NCBI GenBank assembly: GCA_030650025.1 | Contig: JAUSEN010000025.1 | Location: forward strand, 601 to 64,600 | DNA length: 64,000 nucleotides | Direction of reading: 5' to 3' | Source: Candidatus Magasanikiibacteriota bacterium | Lineage (GTDB): Bacteria > Patescibacteriota > Patescibacteriia > Magasanikbacterales > GWA2-37-8 | Shown here: one piece after another, positions 38,476-47,862 of the stretch | Layout: the number at the start of each line of letters is the position of its first letter | How positions within the stretch are numbered: position 1 is the first letter of the stretch | Translations under genes and position numbers: made by a program | Notes under the pieces: model-generated | The model's database searches: none | The model's input: the letters and a program-made list of their open reading frames with translations, nothing else | Told to the model about the DNA's origin: nothing

Positions 38476-39516
38476 TTATAAAATTATGTCAATATCGCCT
38501 AAAATATCGGTACGTAAGATATTCGCCCCAGCACGCTCTAAATGCTTGATAACTCTGGGGCTCGGGTGGCCGAATTTATTTTTCTGGCCAGATGAAATTA
38601 TGGCTGTTCTAGGATTAACTTTGCTTAAAAAATCCTCGCCGCTCGAGCTGTTGCTCCCGTGATGCCCGACTTTTAAGATGTCAGATTTTAGAGTAGGGCA
38701 ACCAGCACTAGACCCCACCCTCGCCCTCCCCTTTGCTAAGGGGAGGGGAATCGTTGGTGTAGTTACTGATGGCTCTCCCCTCCTTAGCAAAGGAGGGGTT
38801 GGGGGAGGTTTGGCTACACTGCAATATTTCTCTATCAACACTTGCTCGAGCGGTTCTTCGGCGTCGCCGGTAAATAAAAAAGTTTTTCCACTCGGCGCCG
38901 TTAATTTAAACACTATTGAATAATTATTACTTTCGGCGTCCGCGAGCGGCAAGCCCAAATCTTCACCCGGCGACAAAAATTCGAGCGTACTGCTCGCGAT
39001 TTCCAGTTTAGCGAATCCATTGACAACCACCTGGCGAGCCCGACTCGCTTCTACAGTGGCATTAAACTCTCGCCAGTATGGATTATATTCTTTGGATTGG
39101 CCATTCAAAATAATAGTGCCCACCTGGTAGCGGCGCAAAACTTCAACGCAACCGCCATAATGGTCTAGATCCGGATGGGTGACTAATAAATAATCAATTT
39201 TTTTGTTAAACATGGGCAAGGCACGGCCTAGTTTAAACAAAATTGTTTTATCCGGGCCACAATCAACTAACATCTTTTCATCATTGCCAAAATTTATTAA
39301 ACTGCTGTCGCCTTGGCCGACATCAAAAAAAGTAACGCGAAATTTTTTATCTTGCTCGTTCTCTTTCTCTAGATAGCTAACAAACAAAAAAATTGTGCTG
39401 GACAACACGCAAATAATTATAAATACCCAAAATAAATTTTTGTTTTTCTGCATAAGCATAGACAGTTTTGTCATTTCGACCGAGCCCGCAGGGCGAGCGG
39501 AGAAATCTCTGTCCAA
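38476..39516 (-). CDS. ComEC-type metallo-beta-lactamase domain protein (membrane-anchored), carrying an in-frame repeat element.
   Basis: N-terminal TM helix and MBL motifs (LLVTHPDLDHYGG; KVGHHGS). Confidence 0.6.
   Translation of the reverse strand: MDRDFSARPAGSVEMTKLSMLMQKNKNLFWVFIIICVLSSTIFLFVSYLEKENEQDKKFRVTFFDVGQGDSSLINFGNDEKMLVDCGPDKTILFKLGRALPMFNKKIDYLLVTHPDLDHYGGCVEVLRRYQVGTIILNGQSKEYNPYWREFNATVEASRARQVVVNGFAKLEIASSTLEFLSPGEDLGLPLADAESNNYSIVFKLTAPSGKTFLFTGDAEEPLEQVLIEKYCSVAKPPPTPPLLRRGEPSVTTPTIPLPLAKGRARVGSSAGCPTLKSDILKVGHHGSNSSSGEDFLSKVNPRTAIISSGQKNKFGHPSPRVIKHLERAGANILRTDILGDIDIIL
38712..38812. mobile_element. Intragenic palindromic element (two A modules), copy 3.
   Basis: GACCCCACCCTCGCCCTCCCCTTTGCTAAGGGGAGGGGAATCG is 41/41 identical to the truB copy. 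A second A' module is CTCCCCTCCTTAGCAAAGGAGGGG. Confidence 0.75.
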
Positions 39517-39563
39517 TTTATTAAGAGAGAGAGATTCCTCCTGCGACGTCGGAATGACAGGCT

Positions 39564-40232
39564 CTATTTGCTCGCTAACAAAATTTGATTAATCCACCCT
39601 GCACCAGGCGCGCCAACGCGCGCCGATGCAGGGCTCTGCTCTTCTCTTGTGCGCACAATTATCTCTTTCTCTACGGTAAACGCCAAAGCTTCTAAGATGC
39701 CTCGAATTTGCTCGGGGCGGTGGTAATAAGACTCAATCAAGATGGGGCCGTATTTAGTCTTAACCTCCGGCGGTTTTCGTTGGTTAATATTGGTAACCAA
39801 AAATTGCCCCTTGTCTTTTAAAACGCGATGCACTTCGGTAAAAAAAACCGCGGGGTCTTTAAGGTGCACAATTAAAAATGCGGCCGTTACTAAATCAAAG
39901 TGATTATTCGGAAACGGAAGGCTCTCGGCATCAGCTAAAATAGTTTGAATCTTATTATTTTTTTTGGAAATTTTAGAGAGCATTTGCGCCGAAATATCGA
40001 GCGCCGTTACCGTGGCCCCTAATTTTAAAAGCTGGAGCGACAGCCGCCCCGTGCCCGCGCCAACATCCAGCACCCTCTGGCCAGTTAAATCCCCAAGCGT
40101 CGGGAGGATTTTTCCTTTCTCAAAACTATCTAAAAATTTTTCTTTGGCATCATAATAAGGCGCGGCTAGGTCGTAACCGTGGGCGCTGTCTAAAAGCGGA
40201 ATTTTTTTAGGCATATGATTTGACAAAATCAT
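39564..40232 (-). CDS. Class I SAM-dependent methyltransferase.
   Basis: Motif I VLDVGAGTGRLS. The C-terminus contains an in-frame nested GC palindrome (39596-39636: CCCTGCACCAGGCGCGCCAACGCGCGCCGATGCAGGG). Confidence 0.75.
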   Translation of the reverse strand: MILSNHMPKKIPLLDSAHGYDLAAPYYDAKEKFLDSFEKGKILPTLGDLTGQRVLDVGAGTGRLSLQLLKLGATVTALDISAQMLSKISKKNNKIQTILADAESLPFPNNHFDLVTAAFLIVHLKDPAVFFTEVHRVLKDKGQFLVTNINQRKPPEVKTKYGPILIESYYHRPEQIRGILEALAFTVEKEIIVRTREEQSPASARVGAPGAGWINQILLASK

Positions 40233-40317
40233 GCAATTTAACGAAATTGTGTCGAGTTGCGTCCTTTAAAACTCGACCCGCGCAATGTCATTTGAAGCGC
40301 GGCGCAAGTGGTCTTAA

Positions 40318-42000
40318 TTATACCGTATCCTGCCGTTTGGCGGCAATGATATAAACCAGAAGGCCATACAAAATTAGCATCACCCACCACTCTATTTTTA
40401 TTTCCACGGCCGCGTATTTTAAATTGGCGAACCATTCGACGACAAACAGAAAAGCGCGGGAGACTAAAACCACAGGCGCGCCAAAAATAATGCCGAGTGG
40501 CAGATAAATTATCCCGCCAATTAGAGACACGAAACCGCCCAGCATGAGAAACGGCACACTCCAGAGCAATAACACGTTAACCACCGGCGCTACGAGTGAA
40601 ATTAACCCAAACTGATACAACATAAGAGGGAGCGTCATGACAATGGCCGAAATTGTTTGTACAAGAATATTACTGCCTTGCAAAAGCACGTCATTGCGAG
40701 GAACGAGCGAAGCGAGCGACGAAGCAATCTCTGTGTTATTGCCAAAAGATTGCTTCGTCCTCCTCCCCGCTACGCGGGTTATTGTCCTCGCAATGACGTC
40801 TGCGAAGACTGGCGATAAATAAACTAACCCAATCGTCGCTAAAAACGAAAGCTGGAAACCGGCGTCATACAATAAAATATAGGGTGAAATTAAAACCATC
40901 AGCGCGGCTGTGAAGCTTAAACCCGGGCCCATACTAGAGAGCCGCCCTAAATATTGCGCGAGTAGTACCAAAGCGCCCATGACAGCCGCGCGCACGACCG
41001 AAGCCGTAGCGCCAGTCATAATTACAAAACAAAACAAGACGAAGAGCGTGGCCCAAAATGCCTGCCGCCGCCAAAGCCCAATTAAAATTAAAATGCTCAT
41101 TAAGGCGCTCGCGATTATCGTAATATTAAAACCAGACACTGCCAAAACATGCGAGAGGCCGGTACGCTGAAAGGATTTTTTTAAACTCTCTGGGAACCCG
41201 CTCGAACCGCCAAACAAAAGCCCATTTATAAAACTATTCTCCGGCTCGGCCCAAATTTGCGAGGCCGTTGAGAAAAATACGCTCCGGACCCAATATATTT
41301 TAGAACCAATAAATTTTACAGGGCCTTCATAATTTTGGCTTATTCCTGAAAGAAAAGTAACACTCCGGACATCGTTGCAAACCGCTTGAATATTGCGACT
41401 CGCCAGATATCGATCGTAACGAAAGTTATTGCTCGCTTTATATTCGGCCGCCTGGCCGGCTGCCTGACGACTCCTCGGTTTTGGTACCTCTACAAAACAA
41501 CCGAAGGCCAGCGTATCGCCGTAAGTAAATTTATTGGCCAGAGATGTTTTTAACAAAATTTTTCCGTTCACGCTCTGACGCACCAATTCTATGCCCTCCC
41601 CCACTATACCAACTGTTTTAACTTTCACAACATATTCAAGGCTACTAATTTTTTCTTCGGGGTACTTGGCCACCTCGCCTGTAATGTTTATTTTCTGACC
41701 ATTATAGTAACAAATATTGTTAAAATTAGCGCAATCAAAACCGGTTACACTAACGCGCCAGAGACCAAACATAAAAAATAAACAGGCCAGTAGAAAAAAT
41801 CTGGCGAAAATATTTTTCCAAAATAAAATTGCGCCGGCCAATACCACAAACAGCCCGGCGTACCAATAAATACCGGGAGCAAGTGTGACGAAATCGGAAA
41901 ATAGCGAACCCGCGGCGATGCCGCCTAAAAATAAAACGCAAAACGCGATGAACGTTTGGCTGGGGGAAATAATTATTTTTTTAAGCCACGCGCGCGGCAT
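40318..42000 (-). CDS. comEC: ComEC/Rec2 family competence channel protein (DUF4131 plus Competence domain).
   Basis: Polytopic. Competence-domain motif GLSHVLAVSGFNITII. Confidence 0.8.
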   Translation of the reverse strand: MPRAWLKKIIISPSQTFIAFCVLFLGGIAAGSLFSDFVTLAPGIYWYAGLFVVLAGAILFWKNIFARFFLLACLFFMFGLWRVSVTGFDCANFNNICYYNGQKINITGEVAKYPEEKISSLEYVVKVKTVGIVGEGIELVRQSVNGKILLKTSLANKFTYGDTLAFGCFVEVPKPRSRQAAGQAAEYKASNNFRYDRYLASRNIQAVCNDVRSVTFLSGISQNYEGPVKFIGSKIYWVRSVFFSTASQIWAEPENSFINGLLFGGSSGFPESLKKSFQRTGLSHVLAVSGFNITIIASALMSILILIGLWRRQAFWATLFVLFCFVIMTGATASVVRAAVMGALVLLAQYLGRLSSMGPGLSFTAALMVLISPYILLYDAGFQLSFLATIGLVYLSPVFADVIARTITRVAGRRTKQSFGNNTEIASSLASLVPRNDVLLQGSNILVQTISAIVMTLPLMLYQFGLISLVAPVVNVLLLWSVPFLMLGGFVSLIGGIIYLPLGIIFGAPVVLVSRAFLFVVEWFANLKYAAVEIKIEWWVMLILYGLLVYIIAAKRQDTV

Positions 42001-42003
42001 AAA

Positions 42004-42639
42004 CTAAAATTCTCGGGGCTCGCCATTGTTCAACACTTCCCAATTTAAACCCGCGGCTTTAAATTCGCGCTCGGCGTTTGGGGTATAGGGATTAGCAGTA
42101 ACCAAAAAACCATCATGGATGGGAAACATGATTTTAGGATTTATAGCGATACCAAACTCTAGAGTATGGGCTAGGTCGGTCCAGGGAGCGACTAAAGGCA
42201 AGGCGAGAATAGCAACTGGCTCCTCTGGCAATTCGTATGAATCTCCAGGGTGGAACAATTGACCAGCGATAATAAAACCAACATTGTCGCAGATGGGCAT
42301 GGTTTTATAAATAAAAGCGTGTTTCTCGCCAAAACCCTTAATACTGACCGTTTTTACTTGCACGACCTCTCCATTTTTCAAAATACTAGCCACAACACCC
42401 TCGGCTTTGGCTTTAGCAACGACCGTAGGATTGGTAAAAATTTTAGCTCCAGGATTATTTTTTAAAATATTTTTGATATTCGAAATATAAAAATGGTCGC
42501 CGTGCTCATGCGTAATTAAAATAGCGTCAATATTTTTTAAATCTGGCGGCACCACACTCCACATGCCCGGATCAATTAAAATTCCGGCATCCGCTTCTTC
42601 TACTAATAAACACGAGTGGCCGAATTTGGTGATTTTCAT
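42004..42639 (-). CDS. MBL-fold metallo-hydrolase.
   Basis: HxHxDH motif (ITHEHGDHF). Confidence 0.7.
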   Translation of the reverse strand: MKITKFGHSCLLVEEADAGILIDPGMWSVVPPDLKNIDAILITHEHGDHFYISNIKNILKNNPGAKIFTNPTVVAKAKAEGVVASILKNGEVVQVKTVSIKGFGEKHAFIYKTMPICDNVGFIIAGQLFHPGDSYELPEEPVAILALPLVAPWTDLAHTLEFGIAINPKIMFPIHDGFLVTANPYTPNAEREFKAAGLNWEVLNNGEPREF

Positions 42640-42656
42640 ATTTAAATTAATACCCG

Positions 42657-43262
42657 TTATTTTAGAATCGCTTTATATAAAATCTTACGCACCGTACATT
42701 TATCTCCAAAATGCCCAATCGCCAAAGCGCTGGCATTAAAGTTTATTGGCAACTTAATTGTTTTTATTTTTGAGGTGCGAAGAGTTATGTGCGGACTGAA
42801 TTTTTTGCCAATCGAAGTTTTTAAATATTTTTTTACCCAGAGTTTAGTAATCGGATTAAAGTGCTCCCCCGGTTTAATATAAAACATTTTTTTCTCGGCT
42901 TGCCTACTCGTCAGCGGCGTGGCGGCCGCGATAATTTTATTTTGTAAGTACCTTAGTTTTTTTGTAATCTCTAAATCTAAAAAATGCATCGGCTCCCCCG
43001 CCATTACGTCACTGTTAAATCGAGTCAATTTCAGTGGCAGGCTAGCATACTCGGCCGCAATGTTTTTAACTACCCAGGCCACTTTTAATAAATTTTTTTC
43101 TGATACCACCCCAAAAAATAAAGAAATGTGGGGCAAATTATCTTTTAAATTCAAAGGAAAGGGATACCTGTCTAGATGCGAAAACTTACGACTAATTTTA
43201 ACACACCGCCGCATTATATTTTTGGGCGGCAGTACTATAATATCAATCGCGTAATTTTTCAT
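42657..43262 (-). CDS. 2H phosphoesterase (LigT / 2'-5' RNA ligase-like) family protein.
   Basis: Two H-x-(S/T)-x motifs (PHISLFFG and PHITLRTS). Confidence 0.5.
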   Translation of the reverse strand: MKNYAIDIIVLPPKNIMRRCVKISRKFSHLDRYPFPLNLKDNLPHISLFFGVVSEKNLLKVAWVVKNIAAEYASLPLKLTRFNSDVMAGEPMHFLDLEITKKLRYLQNKIIAAATPLTSRQAEKKMFYIKPGEHFNPITKLWVKKYLKTSIGKKFSPHITLRTSKIKTIKLPINFNASALAIGHFGDKCTVRKILYKAILK

Positions 43263-43286
43263 ATCAACACCAACGCTTAACTAAAT

Positions 43287-46200
43287 TTAAACCACCACAC
43301 TCACTAATCTCCCCTTAACATAGATGATCTTCTTCGGCGTTTTACCTTCTAACCACTTGTGAATTTTTTCTGACTCTAGCGCTAATTTTTTGATTTCGTC
43401 TTCGGAAATATCGGGCGCCACTGTTAATTCATCGCGCACTTTGCCGTTGATTTGAATGACGATGGTAATAATTGATTCTTTGGCGAGCTCGGGGTCAAAC
43501 TGTGGCCAGGCCGAATATGCAAGAGGCGTACCGTCACCAAATTTAGACCATAACTCCTCGGCAAGATGCGGCGCAAAAGGTGAAAGTAATTGAATGAGTG
43601 TTGAGTAGTGAGTAGGGAGTAGCGAAATTTGTTTGGTCATTTCATTAACCAATTCCATCAACTTCGCAATCGCGGTATTAAATCGCATCGCTTCAATATC
43701 TTCGGAAACTTTTTTAATGGTTTGGTGAAGAATAGAAAGGGTTTGCCTTTGCGAGACCTCCCCCCACCCCTCCTTTGCTAAGGAGGGGGGAGCGAGCCCC
43801 CTCTCCATCGCAATGGAGAGGGCGGGGGGTGAGGATTCGCCTATCTTCTCCTGCAACCCCCATACCTTCTCTAAAAACCGCCGCACGCCAACTAGGCCGT
43901 TGGTATCCCACATCACGGCCTGATCAAACGGGCCCATAAACATAATATAGCAACGGAAAGCATCGGCCCCGAATTTTTCTATCATTTCGTCCGGGTTAAT
44001 TACGTTGCCGCGCGATTTGCTCATTTTTTCCCCATCCGGCCCCAAAATCATGCCGTGGCTAGTGCGTTTTTTATACGGCTCGCTCGTGGGCACCACGCCA
44101 ATATCAAATAAAAACTGATTCCAAAAACGGGAATATAATAAATGCAAAACAGTGTGTTCCATACCGCCATTGTACCAATCCACTGGAGTCCAGTACCGTA
44201 ATTTTTCTGGCGAAGCAAATTCTTTATCGTTGTTGGGATCAGTATAACGTAGAAAATACCAAGACGACCCGGCCCAGTTCGGCATAGTGTCAGTTTCGCG
44301 TCTCGCCTCTCCACCACAGCGTGGGCAGGTGGTGTTTACCCAACTAGTCATGGTCGCGAGCGGCGACTCGCCCGTGTCGGTGGGCTGGTATTTTGCGACG
44401 GCGGGGAGTTCTAACGGCAATTCACTTTCGGGGAGAGGAACCCAGCCGGTATGTTTACTCTGTAAAAATAAATCTAATAAAACTGGAATTTCAGGTTCAA
44501 CCGTAAAATGTTCGTAGCCAGAAACTGTTTGAACTTGCCAGCCCTCTGGTAACACGTCGTGACCAACGGAATGAACACTTGGATCATCGTTAGAAAAAAT
44601 TGCGTTGCCACTAAAAACCTTATTTTTTATTTTCTGCCAGTCAAGTGGTGCGTTCCAAAACGATTGAACTGTTGAATAATCTCTCTCTGGTTTCTTTTTC
44701 TTTTTAATCTCAAGATCCTCGTCGGTCAATGTTGCCAGCGCGGGCGCAACCAGATAAAGATAACCAATTTTATTTTTTAATTTTTCTAATAAGTGTAAGG
44801 CTGCTTTGCCACCAAGGCTGTGACCAACAATAACATCATCTTCGCCAAGCTGTTTAGCTAGAGGCAATAATTCTTCAAGCCATTTTTCTAATATCGGCCT
44901 ATCGGTAGTGGTCATTGTTGGGGTCATCACCTCGAAGCCTCTTAATTCTAATTCTTTCTTTACCCAAGGTAGCCAATTTTTATCAGCTCTGCCCGTGAAG
45001 CCATGAATAATCAAAACTTTCTGCTTTTTATTTTTACAATTCTCGCAATACACCAGCGGAATCGGCTCGCCCCAGTAATGCTGGCGCGAAAACACCCAGT
45101 CGCGCAGTTTGTAATTTACTTGTCGCTTGCCCCACCCTTTGGCTTCAATGTAATCCATTATTTTATTTTTTGCTTCCATGATCGGCAAGCCGTTGAGAAA
45201 CTCGCTATTTACCATGGCACCAGTTTCTTCCTGAACCTGCTCTGGCTTGGTGATTGGCGATGCATCGCCATCGGGCCCAACCACCACGCGGATAATCTCC
45301 AGGCCCATCTCAATCGCAAATTCAAAATTGCGTAGATCGTGACCAGGAACGCCAACCAGGGCGCCAGTGCCAACATTGCCTAAAACAAAATCACTCACAT
45401 ACATTGGCATCTTAAACCCAGTGAGCTGATTAATCGCATACCAGCCGGTGAACACACCCGTTTTTTTCTTTCCGGCCTGGGCGCGCTCCATATCGGTCTT
45501 TTTCTTTGTTTCGGCAATATATTTTTCGACTTTAACGCGCTCTGGAAACTTTTCTAAATTTTCGATTACAAACTTGCCATCGGGAGCCAGAGCAATAAAC
45601 GTAGCGCCAAAATTTGTATCTGGCCGCGTGGTGAAAACAGTAACCGGCGCGCCCGATCCTTCAACTTCGTATGTAATGTTTATGCCTTCGCTCCGCCCAA
45701 TCCAGTTCTCCTGTTGCACGCGCGCGGGGGTAATATAGTCAACGGTTTTTAAGCCCTCCAAAAGCTTGTCGGCATATTTGGTAATCGCGAGCATCCACTG
45801 GTCTTTATCACGCTGTTCAACCGGCGTGCCACAGCGCTCGCAACAACCATTTATCACTTCTTCGTTCGCGAGGCCGGTTTTGTCCTTGGGGCACCAATTG
45901 ATAGGCAGATTTTTCTTATAGGCCAAGCCGTGCTTAAAAAACTGTAGAAACATTTGTTGTGTCCATTTATAATACGCGGGGTCGGAAGTATTTACCTGGC
46001 GCGACCAATCAAAACTATACCCCAGAGCTTTGAGCTGACGGGTAAAATTCGCAATATTTTTAGCCGTCACCTCCGCGGGCGGCCGACCCGTCTTAATCGC
46101 AAAATTTTCAGTCGGGAGGCCAAAAGCGTCAAAGCCAATGGGATATAAAACATTGTAGCCTTCCATGCGACGCTTCCGGCTTACAATGTCCATGGCCGTA

Positions 46201-46376
46201 AACGGCCTAGGATGGCCGACATGCAGGCCTTCGGCCGATGGGTAAGGAAATTCTATGAGAGAATAAAACTTTTTTTCCGCATGCTTAAAATCTTCCGTAA
46301 CTTCAAAAGTTTTCTGGTCTTCCCAAAATTTCTGCCATTTCTTTTCTATCTTATGAGGATCGTATTTTTTTGGCAT
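43287..46376 (-). CDS. leuS: Leucine--tRNA ligase carrying an inserted alpha/beta-hydrolase domain and an in-frame repeat element.
   Basis: HIGH region (PYPSAEGLHVGH), CP1 editing domain, KMSKS. 1029 aa, against about 860 aa for typical LeuRS. Confidence 0.9.
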   Translation of the reverse strand: MPKKYDPHKIEKKWQKFWEDQKTFEVTEDFKHAEKKFYSLIEFPYPSAEGLHVGHPRPFTAMDIVSRKRRMEGYNVLYPIGFDAFGLPTENFAIKTGRPPAEVTAKNIANFTRQLKALGYSFDWSRQVNTSDPAYYKWTQQMFLQFFKHGLAYKKNLPINWCPKDKTGLANEEVINGCCERCGTPVEQRDKDQWMLAITKYADKLLEGLKTVDYITPARVQQENWIGRSEGINITYEVEGSGAPVTVFTTRPDTNFGATFIALAPDGKFVIENLEKFPERVKVEKYIAETKKKTDMERAQAGKKKTGVFTGWYAINQLTGFKMPMYVSDFVLGNVGTGALVGVPGHDLRNFEFAIEMGLEIIRVVVGPDGDASPITKPEQVQEETGAMVNSEFLNGLPIMEAKNKIMDYIEAKGWGKRQVNYKLRDWVFSRQHYWGEPIPLVYCENCKNKKQKVLIIHGFTGRADKNWLPWVKKELELRGFEVMTPTMTTTDRPILEKWLEELLPLAKQLGEDDVIVGHSLGGKAALHLLEKLKNKIGYLYLVAPALATLTDEDLEIKKKKKPERDYSTVQSFWNAPLDWQKIKNKVFSGNAIFSNDDPSVHSVGHDVLPEGWQVQTVSGYEHFTVEPEIPVLLDLFLQSKHTGWVPLPESELPLELPAVAKYQPTDTGESPLATMTSWVNTTCPRCGGEARRETDTMPNWAGSSWYFLRYTDPNNDKEFASPEKLRYWTPVDWYNGGMEHTVLHLLYSRFWNQFLFDIGVVPTSEPYKKRTSHGMILGPDGEKMSKSRGNVINPDEMIEKFGADAFRCYIMFMGPFDQAVMWDTNGLVGVRRFLEKVWGLQEKIGESSPPALSIAMERGLAPPSLAKEGWGEVSQRQTLSILHQTIKKVSEDIEAMRFNTAIAKLMELVNEMTKQISLLPTHYSTLIQLLSPFAPHLAEELWSKFGDGTPLAYSAWPQFDPELAKESIITIVIQINGKVRDELTVAPDISEDEIKKLALESEKIHKWLEGKTPKKIIYVKGRLVSVVV
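43757..43838. mobile_element. Intragenic palindromic element (A-variant plus B-variant), copy 4, in leuS.
   Basis: CCCCTCCTTTGCTAAGGAGGGG ... CCCTCTCCATCGCAATGGAGAGGG. It encodes SPPALSIAMERGLAPPSLAKEGWG. Confidence 0.7.
44460..45040 (-). other. RBBP9/YdeN-type serine hydrolase (alpha/beta-hydrolase) domain inserted into LeuRS between WGEPIP and RETDTMP.
   Basis: VLIIHGFTGRADKNWLPW...VIVGHSLGGKAAL (GxSxG nucleophile elbow) ...LVAP...NDDPSVH..GYEHF. Confidence 0.65.
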
Positions 46377-46445
46377 AAAACAAAATAATCAATGCGTTGC
46401 ATCTAAATCGTAGTTTAGCTTATAACTGCGAGGAAATCAACCCCT

Positions 46446-47276
46446 TTATTTGTTAAACAAATCCATTAACTTGGGATGTAATTTGGGGTTGGCGATAACC
46501 ATATCTTTCCGCCCGCGTTGCCAAATATTACCCTCGCAATCGGTGGCGCGCGCGCCGGCTTCAGTCGCTATCACGAACGCGGCCAAAAAATCATGGTACA
46601 TTGGCCCGTTTTTAAGCACCGCATCCATACGGCCGGCGGCCACATAGCAAGCCCCGAGCATACTGCCGTAATTAAAAATCCATTTGCCGCGCTCCCCCAT
46701 TAAATTATTATAGAACCGCAGATAGTCTGGGTATTTTTCGGAATCATAAGGCGAACCAGTGTTCATGTGGCCCGGGCTAAAATCCATAAAACTATTCTGC
46801 ACATCATCGTTTTCGTTCACAGTAATTTTTTTATCATTTAAAAAAGCGCCCTTCCCAGCCTCGGCAAAATACAACTCATCGTTCATGGCATCGTAAATCG
46901 CTCCCAAAAAAGGCTGGCCATTTTTTGTAATTCCGATCATCACGCACCAATGAGAAATTTTATTGGCAAAATTTCTGGTGCCGTCAATGGGGTCTATCAC
47001 CCACGTGTACTCCGCGCCAGGATTAATTTCGCCGGCACGCTCTTCGGTAATAATGCCGTGGTCCGGGAATTTTTCTTTTATTTTGTTAACCAAAAAAATT
47101 TCCGTTTCTTTATCGGCAACTGTCACGATGTCAGAGGGGCTGGATTTATAGGCGTGCGCAACGCCCTCTAAATAATAACCTTTAGCCAAAAACCCAGCTT
47201 CTTTAATAATGTCTTGAAGAAATTTTTGCATAAAATCAATTAAATGGCCGTACCGAGTGTGGCCATTGTATCTCAA
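46446..47276 (-). CDS. Inositol monophosphatase family protein (SuhB/CysQ-like).
   Basis: WVIDPIDGTRNF and DxxxGxxxF motifs. Confidence 0.8.
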   Translation of the reverse strand: MRYNGHTRYGHLIDFMQKFLQDIIKEAGFLAKGYYLEGVAHAYKSSPSDIVTVADKETEIFLVNKIKEKFPDHGIITEERAGEINPGAEYTWVIDPIDGTRNFANKISHWCVMIGITKNGQPFLGAIYDAMNDELYFAEAGKGAFLNDKKITVNENDDVQNSFMDFSPGHMNTGSPYDSEKYPDYLRFYNNLMGERGKWIFNYGSMLGACYVAAGRMDAVLKNGPMYHDFLAAFVIATEAGARATDCEGNIWQRGRKDMVIANPKLHPKLMDLFNK

Positions 47277-47291
47277 AAAAACACTTTGATT

Positions 47292-47549
47292 TTAACGATA
47301 CACATCTTTCCGGTGGCCGATAGTAGCAAGCAAGGCGGTTTCCGGAGCCACAAACATAAACAAAACACGATATTCCCTTGTAATACGAAAAGAAAACGCC
47401 GCCGTTTCACCTTTTAATTTTTTGGTATGCAAACGCGGATCACGCCAGCTCGTTTTAAAAAACAGTTCCTGCTCTCTAAATTTATCCTGGATATTCAAGG
47501 GCAACTTATGAAAACGCTTATAAAACTCTTCGGCGTACAAAATTTTCAT
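47292..47549 (-). CDS. Type II toxin-antitoxin RelE/ParE-family toxin.
   Basis: About 85 aa from MKILYAEEF. The FSFRITREYRVLF...IGHRKDVYR signature matches. The start overlaps the upstream ORF stop. Confidence 0.55.
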   Translation of the reverse strand: MKILYAEEFYKRFHKLPLNIQDKFREQELFFKTSWRDPRLHTKKLKGETAAFSFRITREYRVLFMFVAPETALLATIGHRKDVYR

Positions 47550-47782
47550 AATGCGGTGCGTACCCGCCCCGCCCGCCAATCCTTAACGCCGCGCTTAAAC
47601 GAGGAACGCAAACTGCGCGGCTCGCGGTAATCAATAAACGAATCTTGAGGAAACGTAACGGCCAGCTCCTCCAGAATATACTGAGAAAACTCAGTAAGTG
47701 ACAAACCATAATTTAACGCCAACCGGTTCAGGCGTTCTTTAGTTGGTCTGGCTAGGGTAACCGTAACATTAGAAAAAACCAT
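47546..47782 (-). CDS. Putative ribbon-helix-helix antitoxin paired with the downstream RelE-like toxin.
   Basis: 78 aa with an RHH-like segment (ARPTKERLNRLALNYGLSLTEFSQYILEE). ATGA overlap with the toxin. Confidence 0.5.
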   Translation of the reverse strand: MVFSNVTVTLARPTKERLNRLALNYGLSLTEFSQYILEELAVTFPQDSFIDYREPRSLRSSFKRGVKDWRAGRVRTAL

Positions 47783-47862
47783 ATTTTTTAGGGAATTAAA
47801 ATCTAATTGCCTTTACATACCAGTAGTATAACAGAAATATACAGCTCGTCAACCGCAACCGG

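Noticed and set aside
44460-45040. Intein in leuS (and in tsaC).
   Set aside because: No Cys/Ser/Thr at an N-terminal splice junction plus His-Asn-(Cys/Ser/Thr) at a C-terminal junction, and no Hint-domain blocks. The inserts encode an alpha/beta-hydrolase and a DUF559 domain, respectively.
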